A stretch of 8,525 nucleotides of DNA, counting the filler, from Blastocystis sp. subtype 4 (Eukaryota): assembly GCF_000743755.1 (NCBI RefSeq). It is 6 parts of 6 records of this genome, joined end to end, with 100 filler letters (N's around TTAATTAATTAA, not from the genome) between each part and the next. Parts side by side here need not be neighbours in the genome. Positions count along the whole stretch, not along the records: positions 1 to 1,531 come from NW_014568476.1; positions 1,632 to 3,060 come from NW_014568454.1; positions 3,161 to 4,372 come from NW_014568426.1; positions 4,473 to 5,679 come from NW_014568406.1; positions 5,780 to 7,170 come from NW_014568389.1; 1 more part is not named here. One strand, written 5' to 3'. The notes beneath the pieces were generated by a model, which worked only from the letters and a program-made list of their open reading frames with translations, searched no databases and was not told the origin of the DNA. Position 1 is the stretch's first letter; every line of letters begins with the position of its first letter. Shown in pieces: positions 1-7,270 of this stretch. The position numbers were made by a program, and so were the translations under genes.

Positions 1-1131
1 ATGTACTTGATTCGTAAACTTGTCCAGAAATGAGTATAATAGTATTCCAATCAGATGATGTGGATGTTGCACTCAATCGAAAAACTACTTGGTCCATTTG
101 TCGGCTGCGTATAAGGCCATAAACGAAAAGAGTTGATATAAGGAATAGATCTAGATATCTCGAAAGTGAGTGAACCAGGAGGATCAGAAAGATAAGCTCG
201 AGTGTCTCGAAAACGCTACAGCATAATTCGGATTCTCAAATCCAGTTGATGTAGCTGTGACTTCATTTGGAACAACGAAACAATTGTTTGAAGAACTCAA
301 ACCAGCCATGAGTGAGATGAATCCATCAAACTGAATTTGTCCAGAGATTGAAAGATCCACGGGATGGACTTCAACAGCCAGAATACTTGACACAGTCACC
401 TCATTAGCACTGCGAATGATTCCATGATAGTCATAGGATGAATAGCTTCCTGTAGCCACAGTACTACTCGTTGGTTCACCATCAGGCATGTTGTCTCGAT
501 ACACTTCAGCACCATTAATGTAAGCCACAACACCAAATTGATAGTTCAGTTGCAACTCAAAAGCGGCCATATTGTCAACTCCAGTGAACTGTCTACGGAA
601 GTATTGAATTCCTTGTCCAACTACTGCTTCTCCACCTGCCATATAATCAGTCCAAGTACTATCTTCAAAGCTGTACTCTTTCCAGTTTCCAAAGGGGTTA
701 TTAGTGTATTTCCAAGGTTGATTCTTGTTGATAGGAGAATACAAAGACAAAGGCTCTGTCTGAGTTCTTCCTTCAGTCATCATTGTCTTGTACATCACAT
801 TTCCATTAATACTCTCGAATTTGATCCAAGCACCATCAGCCCATGAATCACCATAACTATCGAGCATTTCTAGAGTATACTGATGATTTGTGGAAGCTGA
901 CAAGCACACTTCAATCTCTCTTTCACCACTAGCCGCAAATGAAGAAGTATAAACGACTGTTGAACCAGAATAAATCCTGAATGACTGTTCACTTGAAAAG
1001 GATCTGGTCTTTTTGGTTATTTTTGTATAAACCTGATTGGAAGAATAATCAAGAGAAGAAGCAATTATTGCTATAAGTGATATAACTAATATGCACATAC
1101 AAAGAATGGTTAATAACCAAACTCAATCCAT
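1..1131 (-). pseudogene. N-terminal part of a large modular surface protein (signal peptide, DSYGDSW domain, jelly-roll domain, start of discoidin-like domain); disrupted and runs off the window edge
   Basis: The 304-aa ORF 184..1098 has motifs LDSYGDSWADG, YFRRQF..LNYQFGVVAYINGAEVYRDNMP and LAVEVH. An in-frame upstream ATG at 1131 is followed by TGA at codon 3 (1125-1123). Homology to contig B continues past the ORF stop after frameshifts near 204 (TRAYLSDPPGSLTFEISRSIPYINSFRLWPY..GPSSFSIE; B has IPLINSIRVYTHEYPDRSPYSFTLKG) and near 71 (ATSTSSDWNTII). The lesions could be assembly errors. Confidence 0.75.
1071..1100 (-). other. Candidate 30-nt spliceosomal intron
   Basis: Minus strand GTATGTGCATATTAGTTATATCACTTATAG has a canonical GTATGT donor, a TAG acceptor and exactly 30 nt. 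Removal gives MD*VWLLTILSIIASSLD, a signal-peptide-like N-terminus. It is a multiple of 3 with no stop, so the reading frame does not force it. Confidence 0.6.
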
Positions 1132-1358
1132 TTGGAAAAGAACCAGTTGTATGAAAGTTAAGAATACAGTCTTTTGAATTCTATTAGAATGAACGAACAG
1201 TAATCATATAATAAAAGCAGACTTGTGCTTCCGCATTGGAGTTGTGTTCTATTAGAAGAATTCGCAACTGTGTTTCTCTAACTCAATTAGTTAATTCTGT
1301 ACTTAGTCGGAATAAAAAACAAAGTTGAACTGGATTTCTAGAGATATTATGAGAAGAG

Positions 1359-1531
1359 ATGTTTGGTTCATATCTCACATTCACAGAATATGGATATCCA
1401 CATCCTTCTGGTCCTGCTTATGATCTAGTGTTTCAACAAGCACCTGATTTGAGTCGAATATTGGGATTTGATGAAATTCAGGCAAGTGGTGTGAAAGGAA
1501 GAGAACCAGTAGATGTATCAAATGGATTGAA
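1359..1531 (+). CDS. Hypothetical protein fragment, truncated by the contig end
   Basis: 57 open codons with protein-like composition (MFGSYLTFTEYGYPHPSGPAYDLVFQQAPDLSRILGFDEIQASGVKGREPVDVSNGL), divergent from the gene at 1-1131. The true start is uncertain. Confidence 0.4.
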
Positions 1532-1631
1532 NNNNNNNNNNNNNNNNNNNNNNNNNNNNNNNNNNNNNNNNNNNNTTAATTAATTAANNNNNNNNNNNNN
1601 NNNNNNNNNNNNNNNNNNNNNNNNNNNNNNN
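1532..1631. other. Artificial contig-joining spacer
   Basis: N44-TTAATTAATTAA-N44; the core places stops in all six frames. Confidence 0.99.
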
Positions 1632-3060
1632 TCTGTTGAACTTCATTTCACTTCTGTTAATGAAAGAACTATCGATTTCAACTCTTTCATTTCTTATCAA
1701 TCTGGCATTTCTACTGATAATCCTTGTTCTATTTATCCTCATTCTATCTCTGCTTCTGGTACATTCAATCATCTCTCTGACGCATTTGATTACAATTGGA
1801 ATTCTGCTGCTTCCATTCCATCTTCAAATCTTCCTCGTTTTCTCATTGCTTCATTTGGGAATGTGATTCCTCTTATCAATTCTATTCGTGTTTATACTCA
1901 TGAGTATCCTGATCGATCTCCATATTCATTCACTCTTAAAGGAGGTGATACCATAACTCCTTGGAACGATCTAATCAACCTATCAGATCAGTCTTTCTCA
2001 CAGTATTCATGGAAACAGTGGTCATGCAATAATTCTTCTTTCTACAAATCCATCAAACTCACTGTTCATTATGTTCCATCCAGAAGAGCTGATATCAATG
2101 AACTTCAATTCATGACTTGTAATCAACCAACTACACTATCTCTTCCTTCATCCTCATTCTTCCTTTCTCAACAAGAATGGAATCACAAACTGTATGATCA
2201 CTCCTCCTCTTCCTCAAGGACTCATTCTCAATCCTTCTTCTTGTACCATCTCTGGAATTCTCTCTTCTTCCTATTCTGCTCTTCACACGATCATTGCTAT
2301 CTCTGGATTGAATTATTTCACTCGTCCTATTACTCTGACCATTTTAGTCTGTTATGAATCTCTATCACTTCATCTCATTCATTCTACTCAATCTACTCAA
2401 GGACAAGGATTCACTATTCGTAATACTGTCACTTCTGCTATCTTGAAGCAAGTCTCTACTGAAGATCAACTCTCTATTGGAGATACTCATTATGGTCTCT
2501 GTACTTCCAACTCGTTAGAGATCACTCTTTCCAGTTCTACTCCCTCTTGGTCTGCTGATTCTTATATCTATCTCTATCAAATTCACAGTCCAGATGAAGA
2601 GGAACTATTGTTGAAGGCTCGATACGATTCACTTGTGAGTCATACTTACACATTCAGTATTGATAACTATAAGGTCAATCGAAATGAACAATGGTACTAT
2701 CGAATGAGTTCAATCCCTGATAACTGGTTTGATAATGATCTATCAGGATGGAATCAAGCCAATCGAGGTACTTAATCATCAAATCAGATTCAACTCTACA
2801 AGAAGACATTCAATCTTGCTACTGTGAATGAAGTGTCATCAATCTCACTGAATATCCGATATCTCTATGGTTGTCTTGTTTATCTCAATGGTCATCAACT
2901 ATTCTCAAATCATCTCTCACTTCCTCTCACTCCCTATCGTTTCGCTACTCAATCTTATTCCCAACTCCTCTATCGTTCCATCACTCTTCCTCCTAGACTC
3001 GTTGATTCTGGTCAATCTACTCCTCTCCTTCAACAAGGATCCAATGTCATTGCAATTGCT
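1632..3060 (+). pseudogene. Internal fragment of a modular surface protein family member (end of jelly-roll, discoidin-like, Ig repeat, beta-domain, jelly-roll); disrupted
   Basis: The frame is open from 1632 (SVELHFTSVNERTIDFNSFISYQSGISTDNPC, homologous to A's AVEVH..QFDGFISLMAGLSSSNNC) into ORF 1863. A frameshift near 2155-2175 leads into NGITNCMITPPLPQGLILNPSSCTISG (Ig repeat). After an in-frame TAA at 2773-2775 the same frame continues SSNQIQLYKKTF..YLYGCLVYLNGHQLF..QGSNVIAIA to the contig end. Confidence 0.8.
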
Positions 3061-3160
3061 NNNNNNNNNNNNNNNNNNNNNNNNNNNNNNNNNNNNNNNN
3101 NNNNTTAATTAATTAANNNNNNNNNNNNNNNNNNNNNNNNNNNNNNNNNNNNNNNNNNNN
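3061..3160. other. Artificial contig-joining spacer
   Basis: N44-TTAATTAATTAA-N44. Confidence 0.99.
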
Positions 3161-3372
3161 GCACCACACTTTAAAGAGTTCAGCAATCATCCCAAATCCA
3201 GAAGTTCAAATGATCAAACAGTCTAACTCCCGTGGAATCCAGATATTCTGGATTTGGTATTGAATTGGTATTTATTATATTGTTTCAGTAGTATACATTC
3301 GATACTCAACGAAAGGAAAGAGTTGATCAGATCAATGATAGTAACACTTTCTACTTCTCTTCAACAAACAGA

Positions 3373-4187
3373 TTATCCACTATTTGCTATGGAATTTGCA
3401 TATTTAGCTCCAACACTCTGATTATATGACACAGTACTCATACCACGTCCACTTGACATCGCTTTACTCATATCATGAGCTGCTCTACTGTTACGAACGA
3501 TTCCTGGAGATCCATATCCTTTCAAATGCTTCTTTTCCACTTAACTTTCCACATGTATTCCCCATTACGTTAACAATGATTCTCAAAATAAATGTAGCAT
3601 ACTTATCAAAGTACTGGAATCAAAGAGAAGTTCAGTAGTATTAGTCCATTTCATGATTCTTTGAAGATATTGGTTGTTTGGAATGTCCATATTACTTAGT
3701 GAATCCCGCGAGATACCGTCTCCATGATGTGATTCTGATCCTAAGATAAACACTGAATAAGTATGAAAACATTAGATCAATAGACTAGTTGTGAGTTCTA
3801 ATACTAAATCATCATAGTATTGATGAAGAATACAGAAAGAATGAGTTGTTCTCTGAATAATGTGAATAGTATGTTATTCTCCAAAGAATGCATTCAGAAA
3901 CCTCTATTTCCATCTACAAGATAGAATAAACCAACAAAACCATTAACTGGTTTCAATCATGGGAATTCTGAGTCCCATATTCTGCAGAATGCGGCATCCC
4001 AATTCGGTGTCGCTACACTCAGAATGAATCGAGCAATCAAATCAGGTTTGCTGATAGCATCTGTGAGTGCTGGAATTGGATTTGGTACGAAATCGTAATA
4101 AGAATAACAATTAGCTGTTTCTCCCTCAATTGCTCGAAAACAGTTGGAATCAAAGAGAGAATCAGCATTTAATCCAATTTCTATCAA
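3373..4187 (-). pseudogene. Candidate spliced gene of unknown product with in-frame stops
   Basis: ORF 3957..4187 can be joined through its TGA and a 32-nt GT-AG intron (3935-3904) to a frame running 3903-3373 (RFLNAFFGE*HTIH..RIMKWTNTTELLFDSS..NSIANSG*). That frame has five internal stops and ends at a TAA followed 2 nt later by TGTTTGTT. The antisense frame at about 3360-3720 also looks protein-like, so the strand is not certain. Confidence 0.35.
3904..3935 (-). other. Candidate 32-nt spliceosomal intron
   Basis: GTTGGTTTATTCTATCTTGTAGATGGAAATAG; removal joins two otherwise out-of-frame protein-like segments (..KPVNGF|RFLNAFF..). Confidence 0.4.
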
Positions 4188-4372
4188 ACAGAAGAGTTTT
4201 CTTTGATACTTGATATGATCTTAAGATCCTTTACATCATCCGCAGTCTAAATATGTTTCTGAGTTATTTAAAGTCTGTTCTGATAATATGGCAGTAGTAA
4301 TTGGTGATTCTGGATGTGGTGCTGTGGATTGCATTCAGGAAGTGTCTTTCGATGAGAATATTCCATGTATTA

Positions 4373-4472
4373 NNNNNNNNNNNNNNNNNNNNNNNNNNNN
4401 NNNNNNNNNNNNNNNNTTAATTAATTAANNNNNNNNNNNNNNNNNNNNNNNNNNNNNNNNNNNNNNNNNNNN
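4373..4472. other. Artificial contig-joining spacer
   Basis: N44-TTAATTAATTAA-N44. Confidence 0.99.
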
Positions 4473-5678
4473 GGAATCATCGAAACTGACAGTATTCCAA
4501 TCACTTGACACATCACTCTGTATCACCTTCCAATCTGTGTATTCAATCTGGAAAGGGAAATATGTTGAGAATACAGTTGATACATACACAGGTTTCGTTC
4601 CACTATTCATTTCCATGATATCCAACTCCATCTCTCCCATATCAACAGTCAAAGTGTAACCAGTTCCAACTTGCCATCCATCTCCATATGAATCACGTCC
4701 TTCAAATGTGTATATTCCATCATTCAAACAGAAATCAACATAGTAGTAGGTCTCTTCAACTGGGAATGGAGATACAGATCTCAACACAGTTCCTGATGTT
4801 CCTCTTCCTTCATACAGCTTCCATGAATTCTCATGAGGATAGGTATCTGCTCTGAAACGAACAGTCATCAATCCTTTGCCTCCAGTACATATGATAACTG
4901 ATAGAGAGATAATCGCAGTCACATCTCCTCCACTAATCTTAGTAGCAGTGATGGTGTAGGTTTGAGCACTACTCTCAGAAGTGGCAGTACCTGAAATCCA
5001 ACCAGTATAAGGATCAATCACAATACCAGCTGGAAGAGAAGGATTGATTCTGAAGTTCATGTAATGATCATTATTCTGAGGAATCACTTCAGCCATCTCA
5101 ACATTCTTGAATATAGTGACTGAAGAATCATAAGTGAAGTTAGGAATATCAACCAACACATTATCAGCAAACAGATCCAGAGATTGAACTCTCCAAGCAC
5201 AAGAAGAAGAATTACCAGTACCAAAGTTCTCAAACTTGAATTGATTGTAAGGAGTATTGTTAGGGAAATAGATTCTTCTCTTCTGAGCTATGGTAGAATA
5301 AGTGAGACCAGTGACTTCCTTCAGAAGTGTCCATTCATCTGTTCCCAAGTTACGACCATACAGATTGAACTGATTGGCTCTGTCACCAGTACTGATTCCT
5401 GTATAGTAATTCTGAATCTGAACAGAACTGATCCATTCACGACGATTGTTTGATAGAGTCAAAGTCAGAGAATTGGCAGCACAGGATGAATAATAGATGG
5501 TGGTACTATAATACATATCAAATGGATTGGTTGCAGTTCCAGTAATACCAGTAGATGAAGCAGTGAATTCCCAGATATGAGATTCAGATTGTTCTGAAGG
5601 CATCAAACGAACAACTGCATCGAAATAGGATGTGGTGTAACTGTCAGTAATAGCAACAATCGCAATAGCAATCGTGTT
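4473..5678 (-). CDS. Internal fragment of a modular surface protein (discoidin-like domain, He_PIG-type Ig repeat, DSYGDGW domain); intact and open at both contig ends
   Basis: 402 uninterrupted codons span the contig, starting NTIAIAIVAITDSY upstream of the ORF-track start at 5606. Motifs include FNLYGRN..EWTLLKEV, SLPAGIVIDPYTGWISGT, ENSWKLY and DGIYTFEGRDSYGDGW. Confidence 0.9.
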
Positions 5679-5679
5679 A

Positions 5680-5779
5680 NNNNNNNNNNNNNNNNNNNNN
5701 NNNNNNNNNNNNNNNNNNNNNNNTTAATTAATTAANNNNNNNNNNNNNNNNNNNNNNNNNNNNNNNNNNNNNNNNNNNN
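5680..5779. other. Artificial contig-joining spacer
   Basis: N44-TTAATTAATTAA-N44. Confidence 0.99.
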
Positions 5780-6792
5780 CCTACCCTACTCAATCCAACC
5801 TACATTAAGCAACCACTGTCCCCTCTACTAACATTAATCAACTAGTATCTTTACCCCTTAATCCCAACTGCTTTGTATCCACTCTATCAATTTACTCTAT
5901 TCTTCAATCCTCAATACAATCCATCTTCATTCTAATACCAGACATCATCACACACAATCAACCAAATCACTCTCAATTCTTTCAGAAGGCTTCTCAATCT
6001 CTTCACCACAATCAACCTCATAATTCACTTCAAACACAATACTCAATCAGACTCTACATAGTCTATTCATCACTCACATCAGGAAACATCACAAGTCGCA
6101 ATTGTATCATATTCACATATAACTGAATCAAACACTATTCAATGTTTATCTGCTTGTTACAATCGAACTGCTTAAATCACAACGCATAATCACAAACAAA
6201 GCAAATCACCTAATCCACACCAATATCCACTACTATCCCCATCACAACAAACACACTCTTTACCTCACTTCATCACATCCGATTCCTCACACATCTTCCA
6301 ACAATAATTCTTACCAACTCTCCAGTTTCATCACTTTCATTCCTTCCAATCTTTCACTTCTCACATTTCGTTTATCTTTCACTTTCTTATGCTCTCCTTC
6401 AACAGATTCCACTTCCTTCGAAACCACTTGTCAAAATCCAATCATCACAATCACCATCATTCTATCTACTCTCACTCATCTCAACTACATATCATCTATC
6501 ACCTTTCAATTAACACACTTTCAAAACAGAATTCCACTCACTTCCTTATTCTAATCATCAACTTTCATTTCGATACCACAAATCATACTACTCTCTCAAA
6601 TAATCTCTATCCTTCCAGTTCTTATGAAAATGTATCAACCATTCTACTATCTCATTACACTCAATCGATACAATCATTCATATTATCTATCAACCATTAC
6701 ATTCATTCTCTTCCATCTTTCATCAACTCATTCATATTCTCCAATTGCATTTCTCAATAAACACATTATACATCAATCATTCTCAAACATAT

Positions 6793-7170
6793 TCAAATCT
6801 TATCATACTCTTTTCTCTCCAGTCTTTTCAACCATCCCTCGTCACTTCTTATCTTCATTCAAACCATTCTAGCCACGACCAGAACTACAAAACAGAATAG
6901 GATTACACCACCAATAATCATCAATACTATCCCCAACATTCTGAATCTCTTCACAACAACAGTCAAGCTTCTCTCTTCAGATCCCACTTCATTCCATACT
7001 TTAATACTCACATCAATACCATCTCCTAACCTACTTGGAATACCTCAAATCTATCCTGTCATCTCATTCAGTTCTATACCATCTCGAACAACACTTCAAC
7101 TCATACCGAATCCAGCAGCATCTCCCTCAACACTCGGAATCACTCTAAACCACTTTCCTCCAATCACTCT
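6793..7170 (-). pseudogene. C-terminal end of an Ig-repeat type I membrane protein (Ig repeat, transmembrane helix, short charged tail) with four in-frame stops; absent from the ORF track
   Basis: Manual translation: RVIGGKWFRVIPSVEGDAAGFGMS*SVVRDGIELNEMTG*I*GIPSRLGDGIDVSIKVWNEVGSEERSLTVVVKRFRMLGIVLMIIGGVILFCFVVLVVARMV*MKIRSDEGWLKRLERKEYDKI*. GIELNEMTGxIxGIP matches the He_PIG pattern and is followed by a hydrophobic run of about 23 residues. Confidence 0.75.
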
Positions 7171-7270
7171 NNNNNNNNNNNNNNNNNNNNNNNNNNNNNN
7201 NNNNNNNNNNNNNNTTAATTAATTAANNNNNNNNNNNNNNNNNNNNNNNNNNNNNNNNNNNNNNNNNNNN
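7171..7270. other. Artificial contig-joining spacer
   Basis: N44-TTAATTAATTAA-N44. Confidence 0.99.

Noticed and set aside
538..846. ORF-track entries 538..846, 1584..1772, 1636..1866, 2867..3112, 5184..5453, 7549..7902, 8074..8298 and 8327..8518
   Set aside because: They are antisense or alternative-frame shadows of the better-supported family reading frames.
3426..3638. 70-aa plus-strand ORF
   Set aside because: No recognisable features, and it overlaps more protein-like frames in another phase.
3540..3660. TLDc-like domain suggested by KWTNTTELLFDSS
   Set aside because: Only a short motif; the rest of the domain cannot be recovered without several assumed frameshifts.
6389..6872. His/Ser/Ile-rich plus-strand ORFs 6389..6760 and 6624..6872
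   Set aside because: They are by-products of the G-poor strand, which lacks TAG and TGA; the recognisable coding signal in this contig is on the minus strand.
1532..7270. Regularly recurring TTAATTAATTAA flanked by Ns as a biological repeat or CRISPR-like array
   Set aside because: The five 100-nt spacers are identical six-frame-stop linkers added during contig concatenation.
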